A stretch of DNA of 62,860 bases, the filler included, from Globobulimina sp. (Eukaryota), in the NCBI GenBank assembly GCA_003354225.1. It is 52 parts of 52 records of this genome, joined end to end, with 100 filler letters (N's around TTAATTAATTAA, not from the genome) between each part and the next. Parts side by side here need not be neighbours in the genome. Positions count along the whole stretch, not along the records: positions 49,651 to 50,760 come from PIVH01023247.1; positions 50,861 to 51,970 come from PIVH01023248.1; positions 52,071 to 53,180 come from PIVH01023249.1; positions 53,281 to 54,390 come from PIVH01023250.1; positions 54,491 to 55,600 come from PIVH01023251.1; positions 55,701 to 56,810 come from PIVH01023252.1; positions 56,911 to 58,020 come from PIVH01023253.1; positions 58,121 to 59,230 come from PIVH01023254.1; 44 more parts are not named here. One strand, written 5' to 3'. A program made the position numbers and the translations under genes. Below the pieces are notes generated by a model, which was given only the letters and a program-made list of their open reading frames with translations, ran no database searches and was not told the DNA's origin. The stretch's first letter is position 1. Every line of letters begins with the position of its first letter. Below, piece after piece: positions 49,651 through 60,540 of this stretch.

Positions 49651-50760
49651 TTATGTAAATTATTCTGATTATGATAATTGTCGCCATTGTCACCATTTTC
49701 CTCATTCAAATCAAATAAAGGCACGTCATAATTGCCATTGCCATCATTATCGACATTCATATCATTATCCACTGCATCCAATGCATAAAAATATTCTGCA
49801 GCATCATTAATATGCTCATCCATATATTCCCGAATTACTTTAGTCCGATTTTCTTCATTTTTATCACTTTTTTGATACCGATGTAATGCAGCTAATGATT
49901 TATGTTTTGTGCACGTTGATGCTGCAAAAACATCGCCACTTTGCTCCGTATACGACGTTGCCAACGTTTTTCTCATTCCATAGACAGTGGTACGCGGCAC
50001 ACCAAAATCATCACAAATCTCATTCAATAACGTTTGAATACCGGCTGCACCGACCGCTTGATTGCAAAATCCACATTTTGAGCCATCTTTTCTTGTTTTT
50101 ATTCGACCGCTACGTAATAAAAATGCACCATTTAATATTTTATTTTTCGCCATTCGCACATCCTCCTCATTTGGCCGCATTTCCGCATAAATTTGCAATA
50201 TTGCCACATATCCCAATCGATCCTTTCTTGCACGGATTTTATTTGACTGTGCCGCACTGCCACTTTTCACCGTCTTTGTACCCGTCGCCTCATAACAAAC
50301 CACAGTGTCACTCAACACATCATTTGAAAATATCACATCCGACCACATTTTCTTTCTCTGCTCAACAGCGCCACGACCTAAAATTGTGTATACATTATGT
50401 ATATTTATAATATGTATAATTTATAACAAAATACAAATATACATACCGGCATCTTGCATTTCATCCAAAATCCACAATAATTTTTGGATATTACGCGGCG
50501 TCACATCCATATTTCGTGGATATCCAGCCGGCAAATATTTTTTATACATTCCACGCGTAATCAATTTCCATTCACTCGATGTCATTCCAATTGATTTTCT
50601 CAATGTGGGGCCATGTATCGCCTCACACAAATCACCAAAAGATTTATATTCTGCCTTCAAATCACTCCATTTTGGATTATCAATGTTATAATATAGCCCT
50701 TCATCGGTTCCCCGCCATGGAATATTTTGTGTTTCCATCATATTATCAATTTTCCACCAT
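49651..50760 (-). mobile_element. Crypton-like tyrosine recombinase, intron 50378-50446 (both ends partial)
   Basis: Spliced: TPRNIQKLLW..DAG|RGAVEQR..WSD, TKT, F.NQAVG, TVYGMRKTLAT, TKHKS, ALHRY. Confidence 0.8.
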
Positions 50761-50860
50761 NNNNNNNNNNNNNNNNNNNNNNNNNNNNNNNNNNNNNNNN
50801 NNNNTTAATTAATTAANNNNNNNNNNNNNNNNNNNNNNNNNNNNNNNNNNNNNNNNNNNN

Positions 50861-51969
50861 TTGCAATCCAATTCCTTGTATATGTAATCTCCAATTTATC
50901 CCCAAAAACATCATTCAAAAACGGCAACATTCCGCCTTCACCGTCATATCTCCAATACCCATCGCGTTCTGCCGAATACACCAACATCACCGGCAAGTGT
51001 TCCATTTTCACACCAAACTGATGTGCCGCCCATTCCTCATATTCTGTAAAATTGCACCACGCAAAAAGCACTTTGTACATCAACACTTGTTCCATTTTAT
51101 CCGTATTCCCTTTCCACTCTTTATGCCGCTCAAAACTGTCCACATTCCATTGTTTATTGTTTATAACCAAAGTTTCAGCCTCGTCTATCAATCTGCATTG
51201 AGCAAGAAAGCAATATGAAATTTCTTATTTTTTCGTGCAGCACAAACAAAAAAACACAAAAATTAAACTTATTCGATTCCATATCCAACTCTTCGCCATT
51301 TCCATCGACAAACACCAGACCGAAATACTTTGTATTTTGCACCAAATCCTTATAAATGCCCAGCTTTAATTGGATGATCGGCGAATATCGGTTCATTTCA
51401 ATGAATTCCTGCACTGCGCTCACAGTCAAAGCACCGTTCAATTCCACATTGTTTATACTCGGAGTGATTGCAAATAATATGGAGCCTCCATCGGTGGTGA
51501 ATTTGTGCTCGGTTTGCTGTGGAACAAAGCGCAACGAATTTGTTATGAAAGTCTTGTTTTTCAAAAATCTTTTCAAGTCAGAAAATGTAATGCAATAAAA
51601 AGGAATGGAAGGCCGGAATTTCATCGCTGCCTTTTCATAAATTTGACGATTTTGGCTTGGATTTATATGGCTATTTTTATCATTGATAATATGTAAAAAT
51701 GAGACTGTAAATCGATTGTTGAATTGGTTGAAACTTTGGATGCTTAAATCTTTGATGACCGGTTCCAACATTTTCAAAGCTTCCGTTTTTAATGAATCGT
51801 ATGTTCGCGCTCCCGAATATTTGTATTCTTGCTCGTTTTCATAGAATTTGATTGTTGGAAAGCGAGAAACATCGAATCTTTGGGCGAGCTTTTTTTGCGA
51901 CGTCGCATCAATTACGCCGAAGTTTACATTTTTAAGCGCTGCGTCGTTGGAGGCTTCTTCGTAGATTGG
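50861..51969 (-). CDS. protein disulfide-isomerase family (TMX3-like a-b-b' thioredoxin domains), partial, one intron
   Basis: PIYEEAS...FGVIDAT..KLAQRFDVSRFPTIKF...YSGART, followed by b/b'-type domains (QFGV...LP). Confidence 0.75.
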
Positions 51970-52158
51970 TNNNNNNNNNNNNNNNNNNNNNNNNNNNNNN
52001 NNNNNNNNNNNNNNTTAATTAATTAANNNNNNNNNNNNNNNNNNNNNNNNNNNNNNNNNNNNNNNNNNNNAACCCTTGAGGTTTGAAAAAAAACTGGTTT
52101 GTTCTTTTTTTTATTTATTTTCAATTTATTTTTTTGGTATTAAAAAGTACACAAAGGA

Positions 52159-53154
52159 ATGAAATATTTAAAAGAAGTAATGGTTTATATTAAGAAGAAT
52201 ATAAATTCGTGTGGTATTTTATATTGTTTCAGCAGAAATGAATGTAAACAAGTATATGATTATTTAGATGAACATTTAACTAATAATGTTACAATTTATC
52301 ATGCTGGATTAACCGAACAAGTTCGTTCACAAAATCAAACCAAATGGATCAACAACAATTCTCAAATAATGGTTGCAACTTCCGCATTTGGTATGGGAAT
52401 TAATAAAAATGATGTTCGTTATATTTTTCATGTAACGTTTCCACCAAATATGTATGATTACGCACAACAAATTGGACGAGCTGGACGTGATGGTCTACCT
52501 GCACGAACAATTATTCTTTTTGCATTTAGTGATCGTATGAAACATTATTTTTTGTGGTCCTGTGATCCATTATGTTCATCAAATAACAATCTTTTATTGA
52601 GAAAAAAACAACAAATATGGGGAATATTGCACTATTGTTTGAATATTATATCCTGTCGTCGGACTCAATTATTACAAACTTTCGATGAAATGTATGATCC
52701 CATTCAATGTTCACCAATTGTACCTGCTTTGACAGCTGCATGTGACAATTGTGATATCAAGAAATTTGATTATATGTCTGTTGATTTAACAAATGTATCT
52801 AGTAAAATTTGCCAGATTATTAAATATTGGGATACCAATAATCGAAAGAAAGGTCGATCTTTTATTCAACTTGTTGATATTTTGAAAGGTTCAGTAAAAA
52901 AAACGTATCTTGAATGGAATCAAGTCACACCAAATTATCGTTATTTAATTAAGTGGAAACGAGAATTTGTTGTTGCATTAATTTGTCTTCTTTTACATAA
53001 ACAAGTGCTGCAAGAAGCATTAACAAGAAATCCAAAAAGCGGAAAAGTAAATACATCTTTCATTCAATTTGGTCCAGCGCAATTTCTTGCAACAACTCCT
53101 GAATCATCACCTATTAAAATGCATCTTACTTCTAACACTGTAATTCCCAAATAA
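52159..53154 (+). CDS. RecQ-family DNA helicase (helicase-C, RQC Zn and winged-helix region)
   Basis: GILYC, YHAGL, VATSAFGMGINKNDVR, QQIGRAGRDG, CRR..LL..FDE, CDNC. Confidence 0.93.
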   Translation: MKYLKEVMVYIKKNINSCGILYCFSRNECKQVYDYLDEHLTNNVTIYHAGLTEQVRSQNQTKWINNNSQIMVATSAFGMGINKNDVRYIFHVTFPPNMYDYAQQIGRAGRDGLPARTIILFAFSDRMKHYFLWSCDPLCSSNNNLLLRKKQQIWGILHYCLNIISCRRTQLLQTFDEMYDPIQCSPIVPALTAACDNCDIKKFDYMSVDLTNVSSKICQIIKYWDTNNRKKGRSFIQLVDILKGSVKKTYLEWNQVTPNYRYLIKWKREFVVALICLLLHKQVLQEALTRNPKSGKVNTSFIQFGPAQFLATTPESSPIKMHLTSNTVIPK

Positions 53155-53323
53155 TACATTTTTTGCAATTTTAATTTTTGNNNNNNNNNNNNNNNNNNNN
53201 NNNNNNNNNNNNNNNNNNNNNNNNTTAATTAATTAANNNNNNNNNNNNNNNNNNNNNNNNNNNNNNNNNNNNNNNNNNNNCACAGCAATAAATAACCAAA
53301 ACAAAACCTCACAATTGCAATTC

Positions 53324-54390
53324 ATGACACTTTTGTTGCTGTCGATATCATGTGTTTTTATATACAGTTTTTTGAATTCATCGGAGTATGATACTCATCG
53401 CAGACGTTTGGCGGCTGTGGAGAGTGGCGGCGCCATTGCTATTATAATGGGTATGTTAGTTGTTATAATTTCAATTTGTATTTTGCTAAAAGTTAAAGTT
53501 TATGACCAAATGTGCCAAATTGAAGGATGTTTGGTGGTGTTGGATGGCTATCAAATATATTACCATTCATCCAAAGCATTCCCTGATGGCTTGAGAGGGC
53601 AGACTGACGATAAAAATTCTCAAGGCACTGTCAATGAATCCAGCATTATTTATAAATATATCGGTCCATCGGATTCAGAAATTGTCGATTTAAAATTTAA
53701 TAAAAGCATCGACAACAAAAAGAAGAAGAAACACTGGAAAATGATTTATAAAAAACAGCAAAATGTAACAATATGTATTATTTATTCCATTCCACTGTCA
53801 TTGTATTACCACACCGCTTATACGCAATGGGTATGGACGGAGTTTGAGGAGAAAGCTTCTTTTTTAATCGACCGGTTTATGGCGGAAATACCAAACAGTT
53901 TTAGTTTATATGAGGAAGATTATGACGAAGAGGATGACCAAAATATAAATGAAATGCCGTTATATATTTTATCCATTCGATGTAAAGCTATTTTTGTTAA
54001 ATTATTGACTACTTTTAACAGAAAAAGTTGCTGGTTAAATGTTAAAAATTGCTGTCAATGCAAAGTATCTAAAATGAAACAAGGAATCCTAAGACATCAA
54101 CAATTAGTCTCTGGGGATATTAATAAAAGATTACGTGACGATGAAAGAGAGGGGAGACGGGAGAAAAAATTATTGCTTATTGGCGGTGCAGGTTTGTTTA
54201 ATATAATTGTTACTGTATAGCATTGAATGTTGAGATTATATTCCTACCAATCAGGAGCAGGCAAAGCGGCAATATTCAAACAACTGCGTATAATAAACAG
54301 GGAGAACAGTCAACAGTATCGACTACAATTTAAAGAGCAAATACATTGGCAAATAATCCAACAAATGAGGTTATGTTTGAAAGCAATTGA
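53324..54390 (+). CDS. membrane protein fused to a G-protein alpha-like N-terminal region; intron 54192-54254
   Basis: Signal/TM helices, then SGDINKRLRDDE..RREKKLLLIGGAG|AGKAAIFKQLRII...FKEQIHWQIIQQM. Confidence 0.72.
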
Positions 54391-54859
54391 NNNNNNNNNN
54401 NNNNNNNNNNNNNNNNNNNNNNNNNNNNNNNNNNTTAATTAATTAANNNNNNNNNNNNNNNNNNNNNNNNNNNNNNNNNNNNNNNNNNNNGGGGTTAATT
54501 CCTTTTTGGGCGAAGGATATTAAGATCGGCAATAAATTGATCAATGCCAAATTAACTGAGAATGGTCGACGTATCACCGGCCGTGACATCGTCCAAGTTT
54601 CTCTTTACGTTTCTCCTCTCTCTCTGTGGGATTTCTTGTGCTCTGCAACCATTCTTTTGTTCACTTAGCTTGCTTGGATTGACACCTTCTTTCTATCTGA
54701 TACCATGCAATTGTTTGTGCGCTGTGCTCATTATCTCCCATTCACTTTGAATTTAAATGGAGTTTAATCTGAAAACTATCCCTTTTTTATTGTGTTATAT
54801 CTAACGTTTTTGCACAAACTATATACAAATTTTTTGGCACAAATCCAGCACAAATTTGA

Positions 54860-55600
54860 GAAACACACCGAAATTGCACCAATTACACTGCATTTCTATC
54901 TAAATTCCTTCAAATTACCCAAAACAACTTAGATCCCATCACTTTAAAACATTTAATCAATTTCAATGCGCCATCAAATGCAGCAAAAATTCAGTCATCC
55001 ATCAAACAGTCTGACATTATTTTATCCAAAATACAAATCATTAAATTTATATGTGGCATGGTCCAAACTCAGACCTTCTCTTTTATTGCCCTCACATATC
55101 GCATCTGCAAATATTTAAATCAGTCCATGAGATATATTGACAAATTGACCCCAACTTCAGAATTGAACTCATTGTTTAAATCAAAATGGAATGTGATCAA
55201 TACATTGAAATTCATTCGCGATTTCATATTTGAATTATCATCGCGTTTAAACAAATTATTGCCAGTGTCCGAAGCCCAGCAATTACTTTATCGGGACATC
55301 AGAGTCTATTTAGACTATAAAAGTTTTGATTTGAATAAGACAATGAATTTATTACACCCATTAATGAAAGATGCCACATTTCTCGCTCAGGATTTTTGGA
55401 CCTGGATCCAAAAAGGTATGATTTTAGCAATAGACCAGGATCAGTCTCTTTATTCCACATTTTCATCGAATTTACTTCAAAATGCTGCCATTCGCAAATC
55501 CAACGTGTCATTTATCTCCTTTTTATCTGATAATTTCTCCTCATTTCGCCCAGATCAAATCAGCGATGCCAACAAATCTGAAAAAAAACTCACAAAGAAG
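54860..55600 (+). CDS. hypothetical helical protein (partial)
   Basis: Open frame from ~54860 to contig end. Confidence 0.45.
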
Positions 55601-55719
55601 NNNNNNNNNNNNNNNNNNNNNNNNNNNNNNNNNNNNNNNNNNNNTTAATTAATTAANNNNNNNNNNNNNNNNNNNNNNNNNNNNNNNNNNNNNNNNNNNN
55701 AGATTGCCGTTTTCATCGG

Positions 55720-56403
55720 TCATTGGTCAATTGTTTCAATCGTTTGGACTGTTTTCTTTGTTCTTTTTCCTTTTCTCTTTTTCCTTAAAACTATAATTAT
55801 TGCAATAAATATAATAAGTAATAAAACACTGACTGCAACAACCACATATATCCATATATCAATCGCATCGATTACAAAATTAATCTGCCCATCAACAACG
55901 TCGACAGAACCAAAATTGCGAACAGCAGTCCAATATTCCATATCTATTAAATATCCGCTTGGCTGCGCATTTGCTGTACAACAGCCATCACAATCACTGT
56001 CAAAACATGTATCTGCGATTATTGCCGTTATGGTAACACTTCCTTTTGTTAATTTTATCGTTTTCCCACCATATTTGGTGTAGAAATTATCACCGTTTGG
56101 GTCCGAACTGTCATAAAATGCAATCAAATTGTTTGTTTGCACGTATTCATATGATTTATGTCCAATCGCTGCAAACTCGCCAGAATAATCACAAGCAGAA
56201 TATACATCACATTCTGTTGTATTTGCATTTACATCATAGTTTGGATTGTCTTTACAACATTTTGCATATGATGTGTAATATGTAAATGATGCTTTCCTTG
56301 ATGATTCTGTCAGTGATTGCGTTGTAAGTGTGATTATTAAAAAAATGATGATCATTGCAAGACTACTAGCCGTACTGAAGTGAATGTATTTGATGTTTTG
56401 CAT
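55720..56403 (-). CDS. secreted Cys-rich double-psi beta-barrel (expansin/RlpA-like) protein with C-terminal TM
   Basis: ASFTYY, IAF, GKTIKLT, IADTC..DC.GCC, YLIDME; signal peptide and TM anchor. Confidence 0.6.
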   Translation of the reverse strand: MQNIKYIHFSTASSLAMIIIFLIITLTTQSLTESSRKASFTYYTSYAKCCKDNPNYDVNANTTECDVYSACDYSGEFAAIGHKSYEYVQTNNLIAFYDSSDPNGDNFYTKYGGKTIKLTKGSVTITAIIADTCFDSDCDGCCTANAQPSGYLIDMEYWTAVRNFGSVDVVDGQINFVIDAIDIWIYVVVAVSVLLLIIFIAIIIVLRKKRKGKRTKKTVQTIETIDQ

Positions 56404-56495
56404 GTTTTTTTCCAGTTCGTTACATCATCCTTGTGAGCAAACTGTAACACAAGTCATATCAATATGGCTTTGTTTGAAGAGGGCAAGTCAGATAC

Positions 56496-56810
56496 AACCA
56501 CCTTAACTACAACTACAAAAACCAACTTGCGACTGTAAAAACAGAAGAAGATGATGATAACCATGCCGAATATCACTACAATCACAAAGCAGAACGAGTT
56601 TATGCGAAAGTAGAAAAAGATTATCGAATAACAGAGAAATATTATTATTGGGAAACAACTAATGACTTAGTTCCAGTAAAAATAATGTATGCTGATGATA
56701 CAGTTACAACTTCAGGAGAATTAATAGATGTAACAGTAGACAGTGCTACCTACGCAAAATTCATTGACCAAGATTTTGATTTAAATTTAAGTGGAGAGAG
56801 ATTAATTGGA
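56496..56810 (+). CDS. prokaryotic RHS/YD-repeat-like fragment
   Basis: My translation LNYNYKNQLATV...AEYHYNHKAERV..KV...TEKYYYW; not in the ORF track (no start). Confidence 0.5.
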
Positions 56811-57436
56811 NNNNNNNNNNNNNNNNNNNNNNNNNNNNNNNNNNNNNNNNNNNNTTAATTAATTAANNNNNNNNNNNNNNNNNNNNNNNNNNNNNNNNNN
56901 NNNNNNNNNNCAGTTGGACAATATGTGTATATGGTCGGTTTTGTGATCTTTGTTTTGTTGTTCATTCCGACCAATTTATTTTAAAGCACTACTAACTCGC
57001 TTAATTGTGTTGTATACTTTTTGTTTTGTTTTGTTTTATACAATTAAGATTTCATGATCACATGTGGATATTTTTACATTTATTTGTAAAAAAATAAATG
57101 TAAAAATAATTTGACTTTCATTCAGCATTCCCTACGTCTGAAAATGGAAGAGTGTGCAGAGAATGAGCACAATCAAGAATTAATGATCAATAATATGAAT
57201 CAAAAATGTTATGATCGTACTGATTATTATATTCCAGTTTATGTCTTTCAAATAAATCCACGTCATCCTTTTTGGTCAAAAACAAAATTTTTATCAATTC
57301 AAGAAAAATATGACAATAATGACATGCTTTGACAAATACAAATTATTTATTTAAATACGTCTGACAGGGTAGGAATAATTTATCTGAAGTATAGTTAATT
57401 TTTTGTGAAAACTTAAGCTCATTTGCATGTCAACGG

Positions 57437-58020
57437 ATGTCTGCCAAGTCTGCACACAATGTAGACAATGAAACAGCAATTCTAAAATCACCGGTCAACG
57501 CAACCGATTATAGTTCAATACACCATGAGCCAAACCATAGCAACAACCATCAAAATAAAACCAAAAACGAAGACAACATTAATTTCCATCCATATCCTGC
57601 ACTAAAACACAACCAACATCAAAAACCATCCTACGTTCCATCTCGTAAAGTCGCTGATGGATCAAATCTGCTCTCTAATTTCCACGAATATCCCTCCAAA
57701 CACTTAATACGACGAAAATCAACGCATCATTCATATGCCTCCGTTGCATCGGGCTCAACCTACGCTTATTCAGGAATATATAATTATAATTACAACGCAG
57801 TATCCGCTGTGACCTCATTTGTTCCAAAAGCGCGTTCGAACCTCATTCAGGTTCAAATTGATGTGACAGAAAAACCACAGCCAATCATAACAGTGCTGAG
57901 ATGCGCATTGTTTCTCTTATTTATCACCTTTTACATCCTCTTATTTTTTGACAAAACCATGTTGATCGCACAATACGTTCTACTCTTTGTGTCCTTATTA
58001 TTGTCCTTATTCTACACAAT
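57437..58020 (+). CDS. membrane protein N-terminus
   Basis: Polar N-tail then two TM helices. Confidence 0.5.
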
Positions 58021-58155
58021 NNNNNNNNNNNNNNNNNNNNNNNNNNNNNNNNNNNNNNNNNNNNTTAATTAATTAANNNNNNNNNNNNNNNNNNNNNNNN
58101 NNNNNNNNNNNNNNNNNNNNTTCTTTATTAATACTACAGTAATAATCTAAGAACT

Positions 58156-58990
58156 ATGTCGAATAACCGCAATCCCGCAAATCCAACCGATGATGAAGAA
58201 GATGACAAAGAAATAAAAATAAATAAGCTATACACACAACTCCAAGAAATATTAAATGCAAACGATTTTGATTTGGATTCATTACGACAAAACGACATAG
58301 AATTTGATGAAATTGGTGAATTTTGCAATCACATGAAATTTAATATAATACAAAAAGCAAAATTCAGACAGTTAATGAGATTGATTGATGATACCAATGT
58401 TGATCATGTTGAAGTAGAACAAGAACAAAAACAAGACGATAAATTAAAACGATTCTTACAAAAAAATAACTTACAGCAATTATATCATATATTAATTAAA
58501 CAAAGTATATCATATCAAGTATTACAGAACATGGCACCAAAACATATCGAAGACATTTGTGAGAAAAACAACATTGACATTGGTACAACCATTAAACTGA
58601 GACAGGCCATCAATAAACATCAACAACGGGTTCTCAAGAAGAAAGCAGTCAAGTTTGATCACAAAATGAATGTTGTTTTAATTGGAAATAGCGGCGTTGG
58701 AAAGACTTGTTTGCTGCATCGATTTGTGACAAATGGTTATAAGGAAAGCATGTTACGAACATATGGCGTTGATGATGGATCGGTGCATTATTTAGAGTTA
58801 CACGATGGCTCTGTCATGAAAATGAAAATATGGGATACTTCAGGACAGGAAAGATATCATAGTATTTGTAGCAGGTACTATCGTACTGGCGATGTGATTT
58901 TATATTGCTATGATACGTCAGATAGGAGCTCATTGGATAACTGTTTGGAATGGTTGGCCAAAATTGAGCAACATGCCAAAGAGACAGCAG
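58156..58990 (+). CDS. tandem SAM-like domains fused to a Rab-like small GTPase (truncated before NKxD)
   Basis: SAM-like LKRFLQKNNLQQLYHILIKQSI..IGTTIKLRQAI; G1 GNSGVGKT, TYGVD, G3 WDTSGQERY, YYR. Confidence 0.8.
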
Positions 58991-59230
58991 CTCTTGAGAT
59001 GAAGTCGACCACCCTTTAAAAAGAGAAGGAACGTCTCATGGCTGAGTCGGAGGCGCGGCTCAAGGCAGAGGCTGATGCTCGCAAGGCTGCCGAGACCAAG
59101 GCGCTCTAAGAAGCTTAACACAGAATCGAAGCGGAGACCAAACTTCGCCAGGAAGTTCAGGCAAAGCTTGACGCCTAGACCAAGGCTCTAGCTGCTTCCC
59201 AAGAGCAGCAAAAAGCTCTGGAAAGGCTAC
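58990..59230 (+). CDS. GC-rich coiled-coil protein fragment read with TAA/TAG=Gln (ciliate-type code)
   Basis: In-frame TAA 59017, 59107, 59116 and TAG 59176 within a continuous E/A/K/R/Q heptad sequence. Confidence 0.75.
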
Positions 59231-59330
59231 NNNNNNNNNNNNNNNNNNNNNNNNNNNNNNNNNNNNNNNNNNNNTTAATTAATTAANNNNNNNNNNNNNN
59301 NNNNNNNNNNNNNNNNNNNNNNNNNNNNNN

Positions 59331-59752
59331 GTACCCATGACATTTGTCGGGGTTACAGCCTTGTCCGAACTAGTGAATATAACCCGTTCAACATCATTTT
59401 CCTGAGCAGCGGTAATCAGGTTTTGGACCCCTAAAATATTAGTCTGCACAGCCTCAAAAGGAGATTTTTCGCAAAAAAACACGTGTTTAAATGCCGCTGT
59501 ATGAAAAACTATTTGCATATGCCTCATTTTGCGACTTAACTTGGCCTGGTCCCGTACGTCAGCCAGAAAAAACCTGGCATTCGGATACTTTGAATACCGT
59601 TGTTCGATAAAAAAGAGTTCGCTTTCGTTGTTATCAATTCCGATTAGCTCTTCAACATCATGTTCTTCCAGAAGTTGCCGCACCAATTCGCTTCCAATCG
59701 TTCCGCAAGCGCCTGTAACAAGAATTCTCTTTTTTTTAAAATCCGACCTCAT
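59331..59752 (-). CDS. bacterial polysaccharide biosynthesis NDP-sugar 4,6-dehydratase (CapD/FlaA1-like), 3'-partial
   Basis: ILVTGACGTIGS, DNNESELF, ADVRD, FHTAAFKHV..CE..PFEAVQTN, FTSSDKAV.PTNVMG; SD agagga upstream. Confidence 0.92.
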
Positions 59753-59940
59753 TGAATTTCCTCTGTCATGGATATGACTTGTTAATTATTTTAATCAATT
59801 CAATACAAACACGGTACAACCGAAACATATAGCTCCGCCCTGTCGGTTACATAAAAGGTGAACCTGGATGGATCCTCCGGCAAATATGTTCAAAATGTGA
59901 ACGCTTCATAATTATGACGTTCGGATGATCCAGTAACAAA

Positions 59941-59988
59941 AACCGCAAACACGCATAAATCCTATAACCATGCGCATTTGCGGTTATT
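59941..59988. terminator. intergenic stem-loop between sqdB and capD-like gene
   Basis: aaccgcaaa..cgcat / atgcg..tttgcggtt arms; the large loop makes a terminator role uncertain. Confidence 0.35.
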
Positions 59989-60189
59989 TATAAATTTCCC
60001 CGTAATACAAATTGTATATAATTTTTCTTCAAAATACAAACTACAACGCAAATTAATTTACTAAACACTGTTTTTTTAACCTATTTGAAATTATATGTCA
60101 ATAGACCAAAATTTAAGCACAACCATCTGATTATATTTTATTTTAAGCCAATCGAGCTTCTTCCGCAAATAACAAGGGAAATCACGTTC

Positions 60190-60438
60190 CTATTTCCACT
60201 TAACCCCTCTAAATATTGATGTTTTTTTAATATTATCCTTGTATTTGATAACGGTTTCCATCATTTGTGCAAGGGCGGCATCTGTAAGGTAATGGGGTTT
60301 CAATCCCAAATCCAGAAGGCCGGTATGGGCAGGATTGTAATAGTGTTCTTCTGCTTCTTTTCGCGGATTTTCAATCGGCCGAATTTCAACATTCAAATTG
60401 TATTGATTGCCAACCCTTTGAACTTTTTCAGCAAGCTG
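60190..60438 (-). CDS. sqdB: UDP-sulfoquinovose synthase C-terminal fragment
   Basis: LAEKVQRVG..IENPRKEAEEHYYNPAHTGLLDLGLKPHYLTD. Confidence 0.85.
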   Translation of the reverse strand, partial: QLAEKVQRVGNQYNLNVEIRPIENPRKEAEEHYYNPAHTGLLDLGLKPHYLTDAALAQMMETVIKYKDNIKKTSIFRGVKWK

Positions 60439-60540
60439 GTNNNNNNNNNNNNNNNNNNNNNNNNNNNNNNNNNNNNNNNNNNNNTTAATTAATTAANNNN
60501 NNNNNNNNNNNNNNNNNNNNNNNNNNNNNNNNNNNNNNNN

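Noticed and set aside
54491-54731. Minus-strand frame open if TAA/TAG=Gln (three TAR, no TGA in ~80 codons)
   Set aside because: No recognisable protein features, and the long ORF on the same contig has no TAR codons; could be chance.
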